Of a DNA stretch of 64,000 bases, positions 49,880-63,632 are shown piece by piece; the stretch's first letter is position 1, and each line of letters opens with the position of its first letter. Made by a program: the position numbers and the translations under genes. This DNA is from Camelus ferus (taxonomy: Eukaryota). The notes under the pieces are model-generated. The model worked only from the letters and a program-made list of their open reading frames with translations, ran no database searches and was not told where the DNA came from. The stretch covers positions 46,068,001 to 46,132,000 of the forward strand of contig NC_045707.1 of assembly GCF_009834535.1 (NCBI RefSeq). The letters run 5' to 3'.

Positions 49880-50460
49880 TCAATTTATATGTAGGGGTGT
49901 GTGTGTATAATTTGCTTAAGACTTTTCAATTTATATTCTTTATACCTGTATACATATTGCTCAACAAAAGTAAAATTACATGCTATTCATGGTGTTATAA
50001 CCTGCCTCTGTCACTAATAGCATGTTATGAATGTATTTCCAAATAAATATATATATATCTGCATTGTTACTTTTAATGACTGCATAGCATTCCATTTTTG
50101 AACATAATTTACTCAGCTCACTACCAATGAAAATTGGTGATTTTTCAACTTTTTGCTATTATAGGCATTACTATAAAGATTACGTTTGTATATCTTTCTT
50201 TGTGTACTTGTTTACTAGGATAAATTCCTAGAAGTGGAATTCCTGAATCATAGAGTATGCACATTAAAAAAAAATGTTTTAAACAAAATTCCAAATTACT
50301 CTTTGAAAGAAAGTATACTCTCACCAGCATTGGCTTTCTTCAATACTCTGCCACATTGGAAAGAGTATTTTTTTTTTTAATTTTTCCTATCTGTTAAGTA
50401 AAAAATGGTCACTCGTTAATCTTATTAGTGAGGTTGGACTTTTAAAATATATCTGCTACT
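49880..50460 (-). mobile_element. Old L1ME fragment
   Basis: ttttaatgactgcatagcattcca...aggataaattcctagaagtggaattcctgaatcatagagtatgcacatt. Confidence 0.8.
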
Positions 50461-52079
50461 TTAATTTCTCCTTTTATTATTGTTCCAAACACTGGCAGTG
50501 TAGGAAAATTATCTGTCATACATTACTCTCCCTATCAATTAACAGATGCCTTAAAATTATTTACTTATTTTTGTATTGGGAAAGATAGTCAACTTAAAGC
50601 ATTTTAAAGCACCACCTTTTCCTAATTGAAGCCCCTGCTCAAAAGTGGGGCAGGGTTTCAACTGTGCCATTCCTGGTCCTCCCCACCAGGATCACTGGGG
50701 CATTGTTCTAGACCCTCCTTTAAGAAGAGAGAAAGATTCTGTTTAGCTGCCAGACTACTCAGGGACAATGGTGAGATGCTTAGATTGTCAGCATTTAAAC
50801 CTGCCAAGGTAATATTCATGTAACACAATATGAAATGAGAGGTTAGAATTATTGGATTAATTTGATGGATGTGGACAGCCCAAGAGGCCGTTTAACCACC
50901 AGAGGGATACTTTTTCAGCAGAACCTGCTAGTTTCCTTGTCTACAATTGATTAAATTAACCAGAGAATTGCTGTGTCATCAATTCATTTGCTGATATGTT
51001 TTAAGGAAGTGAGCTAGGAGAGGGTAAACTTCCTCCTCCCTCCACCCCATCAGTGTTTAGAATTCAACATATGGATCCTGGGCCAAGCAAGCAGTTCTGT
51101 GAGCGAGGTTTCCACGTTGTTCAGACACATGAAAAGAAGACTAGCTTCCAAATGTAGGTGACCCTCTATCCATGGCCACCAGGAACCTTCTCCCCCCTCC
51201 ACCTCCACCCTTGCCTGATGCTCAAAATTGATTTTAAAAACATGGGCCCTCTAAATAAAGGATTTTTATTTAGAGTTAGAGCCTAAAATTAAAATACATT
51301 GAAAAATAAGAAAAAATAATAAAAAAAGTTTTTTATTGGTGCATAAAAAACTTGCATTACATTTTTCTGAGGAAGAATTGGGCTCTAGAAACGGGATGAG
51401 GTGAGTGAGATCCACCAAGGAGGGAGGACTAACAGGGAGAGACTGAAGTTTGGTCTAAAGGTCACCTTGGAAGACAGGTGTTCTTTTCAGGGGCCTTTCC
51501 TGTTGTGTCACTGGTATTTGTAATGGAACAGTCTGTGAGTGGATTGGCATTTTAATTATTTCATCTACCTTGTTCTGTGGCTTAAAAGAATTTTCTCTCT
51601 CCCTCTGCTTCTCTCTCTGGCCAAACGAATGAAGTTATTTAGTGAACATTTAGTTTTTAATGTTTTTCCTTTAAAATTTATTTTAATTTTTAAATTTTAA
51701 TTTTTTTGATGTTTTTAATCGACACTCTCCCTTAAAAGAATGTGTGTATGCGCTTCAGATGCTTCCTACTTTCCACTCTTGAAAATTCCAGGTCCTCTTT
51801 TCTGAGAAGTGTTCTTGTCTATTTGAGGAATATCCTTCAGTTCTTGTACTTGTGCTGTTTATTCATTGTTCCACACTCTCACTGTGTTTCCTCCACCCCT
51901 GTCCCCACATCCTCCAAGGCAAACCCCACATTCTGTTTCTTCTTCTTTAAAGTCTTCTCTCGGTCCCATCTCCTAGACTCATATGCTTCTGTATTCAAGC
52001 AAGGATACACGGTTTCTGAATATACATTCTCTAAAATCTCTGTTGTACTCATGACTGTCCAATCAATAAACTCTTTTGG

Positions 52080-52630
52080 AAAAAATTTTTTTAAAATATA
52101 AAAGGAATATATTATTATTAAAAATGTGATATGGGGAAAATGAGAAAGTGAAATCTCTCTCCCCATCCTTATCCCTACACCCCGCCCCTCCAGCTGGAAT
52201 ATGCCTGACATGGCTTGTCATGTATCTTTACAGACTTTCTCTATTCATATACAAACATTTTTATGTGTAAAAATATATATAAAATTAGTTCTGCAAAAAT
52301 AAGATCACATTATCCTATAACTTGTCTTTTAAAACTTCATGTGCTATATATACATTTCAGTTCATTTTTTTCATGGTTATATTCCGGCATATGGCTACAC
52401 CATAATTTATTTAAAAATCCCCCCTTGGTGGATGTTTAAGTTGTTTCCAGTGTCATCTTACCATACACAGTGACACAGTAAACATGTTTTTACACAGACC
52501 TTTGTGTATGCTTCCTGACATTCCTCTCAGCAGAAGAGGAATATGTGGGCCAGGGGCTGGGCACATTTTAAATACTGGTAAATATTCCCAGATTGCTCTC
52601 TAAGGAGGCTATACTTACACTAACTTACAC
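52080..52630 (-). mobile_element. Old L1ME fragment
   Basis: catatggctacaccataatttattt...ggtggatgtttaagttgtttccag...cagattgctctc. Confidence 0.7.
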
Positions 52631-54339
52631 TGTCATCGTAGACCATCATTCAGTCTTTGTCATACCTTGTGTTGCCTTCTTAAAGAAGCCTGACTTGTTA
52701 CCTTTACCTCTAAGCAGCGTGGGGTTGCCCCTCCTTTCTTCTCCAGTGTCCCCACTAAAGGACTGATATCTTCCCGAATTTGGGCACTCATCCCACATTT
52801 GAATGCTTGTTCAGTCATTGATCTCCACCACTCCATCACTGAGCTCTTTAGTTCTCCTGTCAAGATTTTTTGTGGTTTCAGAAGTAACCCATGTTCACTA
52901 TATAAAATTCCAGCGTTATGGAAATACCTTAATTAACAAAATACAGAAGGTCTTTGTCTATTTTAGGTAGTCCTCTTCTGTGCTGTTCTCACCTGCCTCT
53001 CTCATTGGCACTGACAGCCTGTACCTTACTGATACGCACATGTCTCACCCGCGAGCCTGAGTTCCTAGAAGGGAAGGGACCATGTCGTCTCACCTTTGTG
53101 CCCCAGCACTTTATATGGTACATAGTGCATCTCTGTAAACGTTTGTCACCTGAAAGAACGGTGCGTGGGGTAAGGTAAGCCTCAGAAAACATGCCAAGTT
53201 ACGTAAGCGCCTCTGACAGATACCGGTGTGACCTATGGATTTTTTCGCTTGGCCTCCTTTAAAACGGATGGCTTTGAATGGACTCTCCTGCAGTACCAGG
53301 CCCTTAACAGAAACTCTAATTCTGCTGAAATTCACCCTCTTCTAGAAGATTTGGTTTCACAGCCCTCAGGTCCCATTTAGTCCGTCTAACAAAGCAAATG
53401 CAGGAGTCTGGGAAGCAGTTATTAGCTGAGAGAGATTGGTTTACGGATGTGATTTGTTGCACTGTGTTTATTACCCACTGGCTCTTCACTCACGAAGTCG
53501 ATATCCCCCGCATTCTGCTGAGCCAGGCAATCTGGTGGAGGAAGAAGTGAGGCCAGGCCCTGTGCGAGTTCCAGAATCTAACTTCAGCAACAGTAGCAGC
53601 ACCGTATACTAGATGTTTTACATGTCGTTGAATCCCCACAAATGTCCTGGGAGGAAAGTGCTGATTTTCTCCAGGTTCCAGGTGATACTGAGCCTCAGGA
53701 AGGTACACTTTCCAAGGTCACACAGCTGTGACCTTGTGGCAGTGTGTGGCTTTGAATCTGAGTCTTTTTGTTTATAAAACATCTTGTCTCCAAGTCCCCA
53801 AAATGGTCCTTCCTCTGTGGAACAGGAAAAGTAGGTCCTCTGGTAGAAAAGCTTGGGGTCCCTTTGTTCATTGAAGACACTCTTTGAATCCTCAAGAAAA
53901 CACCTCATCTTTAACTTTGTTTTATTCCTGTCTCCTAAAACCATAGACCCTGGCAATGAAAGGGATCAAGTCCTTGGTTCACATGCTTTTGGGAGAGGAG
54001 CATGCGACCCTATGACTTGTTATCCGTTCTCACCATCGCAGTAGAAAGGTTTCCAGATTTTGCTGCATGCGTGGAAAGCCTGATATTGCCTTGGAATTAT
54101 ATGGGTGCAGAGCTAGAGGTAAACAGATTTAAACATCATAGGTAAACTCTATATAGGACCAGAAACATCAGGCTTGGCTCCTCCTCCGTGGGCCCCCTGA
54201 GGACATGCAAATCACCTCAAAGCCATGTTCCTACCAAGAGTCTAAACAAGATCTTGCAGGTTTCTTTTTGATTATATTCATCTCATCCCAAATGATCAAA
54301 CATTTCTTTCATTTTTACTGATGTGTAGAAAAAGATGTA

Positions 54340-54627
54340 TATGTCCATAATCGCATATCCGAAACATCTAAGGAAATTTTTTGCTTGTTACATCTTATGT
54401 TGCTTCAGACCCCCAGTAGCACTGGGGTTGCACTCTGCACTCAGACACATTAATATATCCACATCCCAACCTGCTGGTATTCACATTAGTTGGAGGAAGG
54501 AAAGACTATAATCATATGTCACTTGAGGTTAGATTCTTGTTACCAAATGGCTTGCACACAGGAAAAAGCTTTTATTTTTCAGAACTTTCTGGGTTTCAGA
54601 ATTACAGATAAGAAATTGTGGACCTAT
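54340..54627 (-). mobile_element. MER46C (Tigger) fossil
   Basis: Terminal inverted repeats gtccataatcgcatatccg / cagataagaaattgtggacct; tttttcagaactttctgggtttcagaatt. Confidence 0.75.
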
Positions 54628-55762
54628 CATTTCCTCCTTCTTTGCACTGGTAGAAGTTGAACTTGGGAACCACCAATGTGATGCTTGATAGAGGACCCTC
54701 ATGGCCTTTGTTAAAAGCAAACTGAACTTCATTTCTGTGGAGGAATCTCCCTCCTTGACATTTAAGGGCTGCTTAGCACCAGTCCCATGTGTGTCCCCTT
54801 GGTGGCTTAGTTCCACACTTCATAGGTCTCAGGGGTGGAGAGTTCTCTCAGGCTGCTCTCCCTGAACCCCACCCCATCCTCTTCCGGCTACATTCCCTTT
54901 GCTTTCTCCTGAGTGAATCTGAACAGCCAGTTGCCTCTGTGAGGACTCCACACCTCACACTACCCAGCTGGCTGCCTTTCTCCCAGCCACACACTCCCTA
55001 AGCCTTTGTTCCTTGCTTTTGGGAGCCTTCACCATGGCAACCATTTTGGCTCATCTCATTCTATTCCCAGGTGGGGGTCTGAGGCTTTGCCCACACCGTG
55101 CAGTGCTGAAAAATGCAGTCTGGCCTACAACAACGAGCTTGCTTTAACATTTTAATTGCTTATTTTGGCTTCCGGCATGGTCCCAAGGATTTTTCTGCAG
55201 AGGGATGGGTTGCACCACGCCTGGTGACTGGTCTGCTGTCTCTCACCCTCCTCAGTGTGAGACACACACTTCTTACACCCACAGTGATGCCTCACAGTTT
55301 CCAAAGCCATTCTGGGATTAGGACAGGCCAAAGCCAGATGGTTTGACAAACTCTTGTTCCTGCTCCCACTTTGGTTCCTTGCAGCCTTTTATGTTCTGCT
55401 TAGCAATTGCAGTTCCAGTTTGTGGACTCCATCAAGCAATGAGTATCTTCAGAAACTATCTGTATCCTGAAGTGTCTGGCTGTGGTTGCTGGTGGCTGGA
55501 GTTTGACAGCTGGTACCATCAGCTTCTCCCAGAACCTGATTTATCAGAATGCAGTATTCATGCCATGTGGCTCTTGGGCCAAGAGTCTTCGATCATCCCA
55601 GTGACTTAAATTGCCAAGGAAACAACGTCTGGTGAGACTTCAGGATTTACAGCCTGTGCCCAGGCTCTGGGATTCTTGCTGACACGGTTTACTCTCATAA
55701 CCCCCCAGATCTGAGGGATGTGTAAATCTTTGAACTTTCCTGCAGAATTTACTTTTCTGCAT

Positions 55763-55945
55763 GCAGGGCCTTGAACAGGGGCCCAAAGAACCTGGGCTTT
55801 AGGGGAGCCATGAACTTCTTAAAATTGTATGCACTGTTTTGTATGGATGTGGGTTTGGGTATTTTTTTGTGAGGAGAGGCTTGTGCTGGGTTCTTAGCAT
55901 CATATTCTAAAGCAGTGTGTCCCCAGGGAAAGGATTTAGTTTTCT
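55763..55945 (+). mobile_element. MER103C-like hAT fossil
   Basis: gggctttaggggagccatgaacttcttaaaattgtatgca...catcatattctaaag. Confidence 0.6.
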
Positions 55946-56761
55946 GAGCCTCTAGAAAATGAGAACAATACTGGCTCTTACCCCATTCATTTGCACGGGG
56001 ATATGATGAGAAAATGCGTATAAAACTGCCTTGTACAGTGTCCATAAGCATTCAGTAAATGTCACTTAATCAATATTTGTCTGTGATCTTCAAAAGATTA
56101 AAAAATGTGACTGCTTTTTATCTCTTAGAATTAGGTAGGAAATCATTATCAATATTTTTATAGCCCTTTATGCTGTATCAAGAATCTCTGTAGTCCTGCC
56201 TGGTGTGATCTTCACAGCATCTTTGTTCGTAGGTGGGAGAGAATGCATAGCTATCCCCTCTTACAGATGAGGAAACTGAGGCTCCAAGGAGACCCAGACC
56301 ACCCAGCTAATAAGGCTCAGAAGAATGGCTTCTGCTTGTGTTTTCATGACCCTACAGATCATAAGACAGTTACAATACAGAGTGTGATGAGTGCCTTGAC
56401 TCTTGAAGTACAGGATGTTAAGGCAGTCGAGAGGGTCAGGGAAGGCTTCCTGGAATGAGTGTCTCTTAATCAGAGTCCTGAAATGTAGTTAGGACTGTCC
56501 AGGTAGGGGCGGGCTGCAAGAGAGGCAACAGCACAGGCAAGTTCCTAGAGGCAGGGAGACCTCAGGGGGCGGGTGCCTCTTTGGCAAATGGGAGATAAGA
56601 CAAAAGAGCAGTTTCCTGGACCGCCCTAAAAAAGATGAAAGTCTGAAGAAAAAGGAAAGGAATAAAGCAGAGAATTATGTTTGGATCTATAGTCGTACCT
56701 ACAAACCACACAGCTGTTTAAAATCAATTCTGAGGAAGACTAGCAACATGGAAATGTTTGA

Positions 56762-56872
56762 AATATATATTATGTATGTATTATATATGTGTGTATGTGT
56801 GTATTTATATATGTATTATATATTTGTGTATGTGTGTGTATGTATATATGTATATGTGTGTATATATATATA
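56762..56872. repeat. Imperfect (TA/TG)n microsatellite
   Basis: atatatattatgtatgtattatatatgtgtgtatgtgtg...tatatatata. Confidence 0.9.
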
Positions 56873-59774
56873 CCTCCTTTCATGGAGGTTACCCCACTGA
56901 GCTATACCCACCCAGGCCCCTCGCCATGTTTGATACGTTCAGTGAGGAAGAGCACGTATAAAATTGCCCATGCGCAGTGATCTCAGCTGTGTAAAAACGA
57001 ATCTACAAAGGATGATGACTTAGAAATTAAGTGGAATAAAGGAAAGTAACTCTCGTATTGAGGTGATTGATACATTTTTGAAACTCATTTTAATGTGTTA
57101 CTGTGTAAGTATTGTTTAAGTTGCTTGTTGCTCCCAATACATGGCCTGGGTGGTCAGGGTTCCAGCATTCCACTGGCTTCCAGCTTTGTTAGTTCCCATT
57201 CATTAATTCATTAGTTCATTTAGTGCTTGTGGTGTTCCAGGCACTGGGCTTGAGCAAGTATCAGTTACATCTCTGTGTCCATCCCTGACTGGGTCAGTGT
57301 TCAGAGGGCTCAGCCCACTGACCCCAGAGTCCCTCCCTCCATGTCTAGACAAAATCACCTGTTCTCTTCCTTGCTCTCGGGACACCTGGAATGAATACTC
57401 CCCTTTTGTTCACATGAGGAAAAAGAAAAGGCAGTGCCAGACAAGCCTCCCTCTGCCATCTAGAAGGAACGAAGCAGGGAAATTAAGTAACCGGAGAGGT
57501 GAAACTGAAATAACTGGGTATCAGGCAGAAATGTCCATTTGACCTGGCTTGTTACTGTTTGGAGTCTGGTGCTTTTGGAAAATTGCCCAGGTCGTTCTAA
57601 GTTTTCCACAGGAATCAAAGGCTCTGTTTGCTCTGAATGTGTTTTTAAGCAGTTAGTTGGAAGCTTTCCCTTTCACACAGGTCAGTCAGGGAAAAAGCAG
57701 CCCGCGCTGTGAGCTGGGCATCAGCAAGCCAGCTTTCCCCGGTGGTACATTTTATCTGTGTTCCGTGCCCTTCCGAGCTTCTGTCCCTTCTGAAGGCAGC
57801 CTCAGGACATAGGGACTGTTAAAAAAATTGTGTTTAAGATACGGAATATGGTATTTGCTTTAAACACACACACACACACAGGTGTGGGAGGATATGAACT
57901 AAAAAGGGTGATGGGTTCTTTGTATTCCCTTCACCTTGTTTATGTTTGAAACTTCTCACAAGGAAAGAAAACTTAACATTTAAGAGACTGATAACAAAAT
58001 ACTTACTGGAAACAAAGGTGAAAAGCCCTGCCTGACAGTGTACCCTCTGATACCTTTAGGGACAGCCCACCCCAGATGCCACGGCCCTCCTTGGGCCCTT
58101 GAGTTGTGTGGAATGGGAGCTGATGAGGCAGGGGAAGGCAAGGTGCCCGGAGATGGCAGCTGTCCCTGGACATTGGGCCCGTTACACTATATAAAATGAA
58201 AAAGATAATTACATGAATTCTAGAAAACCAGAAAGAAACGCTCCAAAATTTTACTCCTGAATGATTCTTTTTTTGTTTTATATTTTTAAAGTTTTCTACA
58301 ATAACAGAGTTAAAGTCACTCTGTTTAGCTCTCTGTCATCACCTTAAGAACTCTTATGGTGGGGTTCCATGTCAAGTGTAAAGAAGGAAGTGATGAGCGC
58401 TTGCCCCAAGTCCCACACCCGGTTAGAGGCAGCGCTTGGCCAGGCGCTGGCTGGGGCACGCACAGGGATTTACATCATACTTTTTTTTTTTTTAAATGTC
58501 ATTGCTTTAGTTCTGGACCCTTTTCAAAATGAGCATAGACTTTTAAAACTTCCCAGCCAACCACATCCCAGCTGCTGCTTCTTCCTTCTGTGTTGGGCTT
58601 GCTGTTCCCTGACAGATAACTGGTCTTCACACGTTCGCATTGTAGATACCTTGACTTGAGAAGTTTACATGGGCTGAGGAGGCAGACAAGTAAGCAAGCA
58701 GTCACCACGCAGAGGGGTCCCTGCTTTGATAAGTGTAGGCTGGGGAATATGCGGGCGGGGGGTGTATTCCACAGAAGGTTTCTATTAAGAAGTCGCTCCA
58801 AGCAGAGATCTGAAAAACAAACAGGTACTAACTGAGAAGAGAGATGCAAAAAGATGAAGGGGAAGCTTTCCAGGCAGAGGAAAATAATTACAGCCTTTCC
58901 CAAAACATGTGTGAGGGCTGCAGGATATTCATATTTTTCCTGAAAAAGAAAGGTTTTTGCGTGTCCCAGACTTTCTTCAGGTCTTTTTTGCACACTCCAT
59001 ATGACCAGACCACACTTCTTTGCGGCTTTTGGGGTTTATAATATTTAGTTAATCTACTGGGTGTCATTGAATTGTGTGATGTAGGTGAATTCATTTTTTC
59101 TTCTGATTTCTAGTTTAAAAATATCGCCAACCCTCCATTTTCTCATTATTACTTTTTATCACACTTTGGAGCAGATTTTAAGTTTGGAATTGGGGGAGGG
59201 GTCATTCTGAGGAGATTTTCTAGAAACTCACTCTCAGTGCCTGTTGCCTTAGGTTCATTGTAGAAGGAATGATATGAAGAAATGATACACGAAGGATAAG
59301 AATGTAAATTCTTATCTTTTTAAAATTTAGTAAATACAGATCGAAAGAATTTTTAGTAGTCCTGGGTTTCTTTGATTTTATTTTTTTGCAAGGTTGCATA
59401 ATATACTTTGTCAGTACCGTGTTGTTTAAACCCAACATAAGGGAGGCATACACCCAGATGTCAAATGGATTTCTGGGAGAATCCAGAAAAATTAGAGATA
59501 GCTGCATCTCTTTAAATCTGTTGCACCTGGGCCAGCCAGCCCCACGGCCTCCAAGGGTGTTTAGTTGAGTAACTAACAGCACCACGAAGAAGAGAAGAAG
59601 GAATGGCGCGAAGTGTCAGGATCCCAGGCTTTCATCCTCCCTGGGGTGTCTGCTCTCCTTCTGGTCCCCATCACTGTACGCAGAGCAACGTGTAATCCTC
59701 CCAACCTCTTCGTCATCTTTCTCATGGAGCTCTTCGTAGCTTAAACTGTTTTCCTTCTCCAGAGGAGCTTTCTG

Positions 59775-59980
59775 CAGGTGGAAAATGTGGGGTATTTGGA
59801 ATCAGTCTGGGTTTGAATCCTGACTTATCACTTGGAAAGTTTTATTTAACCTCTCGCAGCCTCAATTTGATAATCTGTAAATTGGGAGTTGTTAATATCC
59901 ATCTCCTAGGATTATTGAGTTTGGAATGTTATGTGCAAAGCAGTGTGAAAACCTGGCGCTTTGTAGGTTCTTGGTAGCTG
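59775..59980 (+). mobile_element. MIR SINE
   Basis: ctgggtttgaatcctgacttatcactt...tttaacctctcgcagcctcaattt...ctgtaaattggg. Confidence 0.8.
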
Positions 59981-60219
59981 CATAAGAAGACTTCATTCAC
60001 TGCCCTTTGCTGTGAAATAAAATCCAAGTCCTTTAGATCACACCCTGGGGTGCTGGGCCCTTCATGATCGCCCTCTCCTTTTGTCTTCTGTCCCACCCAT
60101 CACCTCCTGCCCAGTACTCCAGACTCTGGCCACATCACCCTCTGCCTCTCACCTCTGCTTCTGCTTTACTGCCCTTTGCTCAGCTAAAGTTCTGTTCATC
60201 ATTTAAGACTCAGTTCAGG

Positions 60220-60482
60220 GAAAGAAACCAGAACAAAAGCCAACATATAGGCAATTCTGTTTTTATAAAGTCCAAGAACATACAAAACTAATCTTTGGTG
60301 AGAGAAATCAGAAACTGGGGGAGGGGCGGTGTTGACTGGGAAGGGGAACAAGGGAACGTTCTGGAATGGTGCAAATGTTCTAATTGTTGTTTTTGATAGT
60401 GACTACACAAATGAGTTGCAATTATCAGAGCTTATCAAACTGACATTTAATATCTGTGCATTTTGTTGTATACTAATAAAAG
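60220..60482 (+). mobile_element. L1ME-like 3' end nested in an L2
   Basis: aaagaaaccagaacaaaag...ttgactgggaagggg...gttctggaatggtgcaaatgttct; L2 sequence resumes on both sides. Confidence 0.75.
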
Positions 60483-61671
60483 GTGTGGGCATCATCCCCT
60501 CCTTCAGGAAGCTTTCCCCGGCCAGCCCAGGCTGGATTTAAGGCTCCCTTTAAGGGTCCCTAACTTCCTGCACACATCTCTGCAGTGGTGCTCAGCACAT
60601 AAATGCCTGCTCTTTGTGTGTTTGGTGCTGCATTTGTTTGTAAGCGCCTATGTGGACCCAGACTGCTGCTATCTGTGTAACCTTGGAGAATTTGCTCAAC
60701 CTAAACCTGTCTGTGCCTTTGCTCATCTTTAAATGAGGAAATAATAGTGACTCCTAACAGGTTTGTTGTGATGATGAAATGAGACTACGTAGATGAAGGA
60801 TCCAGCATGTCATAGGTACTCAGTAACCATTAGTCCTACAACAGGGCAGAAGATTTACTCACACTGCACTCATAAATCTGCAAAGAAAGTGTAACTAACT
60901 TTTCTATAGAAAACTCAATCTTCCTTTGAGCTCATCTTCTCCTTCATACTGGGTAGCAGAGGAAAACCGAATCTTACTCCAATCCATTAGCTTTGTCTCA
61001 TCCAACAAGTGAAATCAGCCCTTTAGGTGACTTAGTTTTTGTTTGCATGTCTCAGTCTTTCAGAGCTGTCCCCACTCCAGCTCCTCCTTAAGATGGCACC
61101 TGAGAATAGCAGGGAAGAGAGGTGTGGCTGCAGAGTGGCCGGGATAAGGGGCCTCATGCTGAGTCTTCTGGGTCCCTGTTTGTGCCCAGGCCAGGCTGCT
61201 CCCTGCAGGGCCATGGCTGAGACACATCTGGTGCCTTCTGGCTTCTCAGGGAGGGGTGTTGGCAACAACCAGGGTGGACTGTGGGCTGACCAGTCCCTAC
61301 TAGCCTCCAAGTCCCTGCACGTTGCCAAACCATCAGCCCCCAAATACAAAAGGGGCAAAAAGCGTGCTGATAGATTTTTAACGTTATTGCTATTTATTAT
61401 CTTCATATACCAAGCATTTGGCTGAGTTTCTGGCCTCAGAAACTTGGCATGTCAGTTAACCCATATTAGCTCCCCGTCCTTTTCCTTCTGGTCCTGCTTC
61501 TCCCCTCTTCCTTTGAAGAGAGACTAGAAGGGAGGAAGACCCTTATGGGCTCAAAGAGGCATTTGGGAGATAAGACACTTGGTACTCAAACAGTATGGGA
61601 CTTTAAACTGCTAAAACAAGAATAAAGTGGAAGAAACCTGCTCACATTCTTAAAAGTGTTTCTAATTATTG

Positions 61672-61806
61672 TATTGTTTAATTATTTTATTTTGGCGGTG
61701 GGGAGGTAATTAGGTTTATTTATTTTTAGAGGTGGTACCGGGAGTTGAACCCAGGACCTTGTGCATGCTAAGCATGTGCTCTACCACTTGAGCTATGCCC
61801 TCCCCC
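61672..61806 (-). mobile_element. tRNA-Ala-derived SINE (camelid Vic-1-like)
   Basis: ggggaggtaattaggtttattta...gttgaacccaggaccttgtgcatgctaagcatgtgctctaccacttgagctat is the reverse complement of the 22966-23106 family. Confidence 0.9.
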
Positions 61807-62009
61807 GTCTCTAAATTTATTGAAGTCATACGAATTGTCAGTAAAGAACAACAGTAATAAAATTGTTATTGCAACTACTGTTGGTAAAGGGCCTTACAGT
61901 AATTTTTCCACAGAATGGTGCCTGGCTCCTTGTAGGTACTCAGTGAATTGTTGCTCCTATTACAGTTATTATTCTATTTAATCTGTGCACTGTTCCTCTT
62001 TGGTAGATA

Positions 62010-62130
62010 AAGTTATGATCCCTTTTCACAGATGGGGAAACTGAGGCTCAGATACGGCAACTTGCCCAAGAGCACATGTAAGCGTGGGAGGCAGGTTGTG
62101 AATCTAGGTCTTCCTGCTCTAGCTCCTGGC
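62010..62130 (-). mobile_element. MIR SINE core
   Basis: cagatggggaaactgaggctcaga...caacttgcccaagagcaca. Confidence 0.85.
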
Positions 62131-62429
62131 TCCTTCTTTAGTCTCCTGGGTTCTCCTCCATACCTGTCCCTCTGCCACTCCAGTTCACCAGTGGAGTCTT
62201 CAGGTGAGACAGGACTTCTGTCTTTAAACCAGCCCAAAGGGAAATTCTTAAATTCTGAGACACAGCCTTCTTTAGGGCTTGAGCACAACTAAGCCACACA
62301 CAGGGTCAAATTAATTAGTTTTTTATTCTTTCCTACAGGTAAATTGAGAGGCAAAAAAAAGTACAGGTATATTTAGACAACTGTTTAATGTCTCCAGCTT
62401 TTAACCTTATTAGACCCTACATATGTGTT

Positions 62430-62476
62430 TATATATATATATATATATATATATACTATATATATATATATATATA
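62430..62476. repeat. (TA)n microsatellite, one interruption
   Basis: Directly visible. Confidence 0.95.
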
Positions 62477-63356
62477 AAATATTTTAGTAGGTATTGATGA
62501 GAACAAAATGCATAAGACATTTTCTCCACGCTCACTAAGAGCTATTTACTTTGATTCAGAAGATAATGAAAGCACAATTTGAACCATTCCTAATTCCAGC
62601 AAAAAAACAAGCCAACCTAAATAAACGTTGTGGTCTCAGTTTGCAGTTTGGCAGTTTGCAGATGGGTCACTAGTGTTGACCACTACCATGCAGAAAACAA
62701 AAGCGAGCAAACCTTTTGACTCGAATGTGGAAAACAAGACCTTCCTCCTGATGTTCAGTAGAAAGAGAGCCGAGTTCAGGCAGGAGGAAGGTTAATCATT
62801 TAGCACTTGCCGCCACGACTCCACTGTGCTGCCTACTCCAGTGGACTCCAAACAGGCGTGCAGATTAATAACTCACACTGGCAATGGCTTTGACCTCTCT
62901 GAGCTGTCTCCCTCCTGAGCAGGGCACATCCGACCATAGAAGGACACTCCCTGGCCTAAGGTTAAATCCTGGTTGTCTCCATCCTCCTGCATCAGCCATT
63001 TCCTGTTCTGATTGCTAATTTGTATTGAAGTGCTCAGACCACCCACTTTTGGGCACAGGAAGGGAAGGCTGACTGGTGTGGGGTGTGGGTGGGGGTGGTG
63101 GCCCTCCAGCAGCCCACACTTTGAAACATCCTGCGTGCAGTGTGGAGCGGGTCGGCTCAGCCTGGCACTTGGTGTAGCATGGGGCACTTGTGATCCCTTG
63201 AAGTCGCAACTTGGACAAATCATTTAGCCTTCCTGAGCCTCAGCTCTCAGCCTCAAAACCAGACCCAGAATACTGACCCCGCTTGCCTCATGAAGAGGAA
63301 GTGATAACACTTGGTAAATGTTTACAGTTTAAAGCATATTTTAATGTAAGTTGGTG

Positions 63357-63632
63357 TCAAAAGGTCAAATACTGCCTGATTCCACTTACTGAGGTACCTA
63401 GAGTAATAAAATTGATGGAGCATGGTGGTTACTGCTGCCGAGAGGGAGGTGGGAATGGGAGTCAGTGTTTAATGGGTGCAGGGTTTCAGTTTGGGATGAT
63501 GAAAAGTTCTGGGGCTAGATAGTGGTGATGTGTACAGTATAAATGCACTTAATGCCACTGAACTGTACACTCTAAATGGCTAAAATGGTAAATTTTTATA
63601 TTACATATAGTTTACCACACTTTAAAAAAAAC
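63357..63632 (+). mobile_element. L1MB-like 3' end
   Basis: aaaaggtcaaatactgcctgattccactta...gtgtttaatggg...tttcagtttgggatgatgaaaagttctgg...aatgccactgaactgtacac. Confidence 0.9.

Noticed and set aside
58499..58993. 164-aa minus-strand ORF
   Set aside because: Partly overlaps L2-like sequence; no recognisable product.
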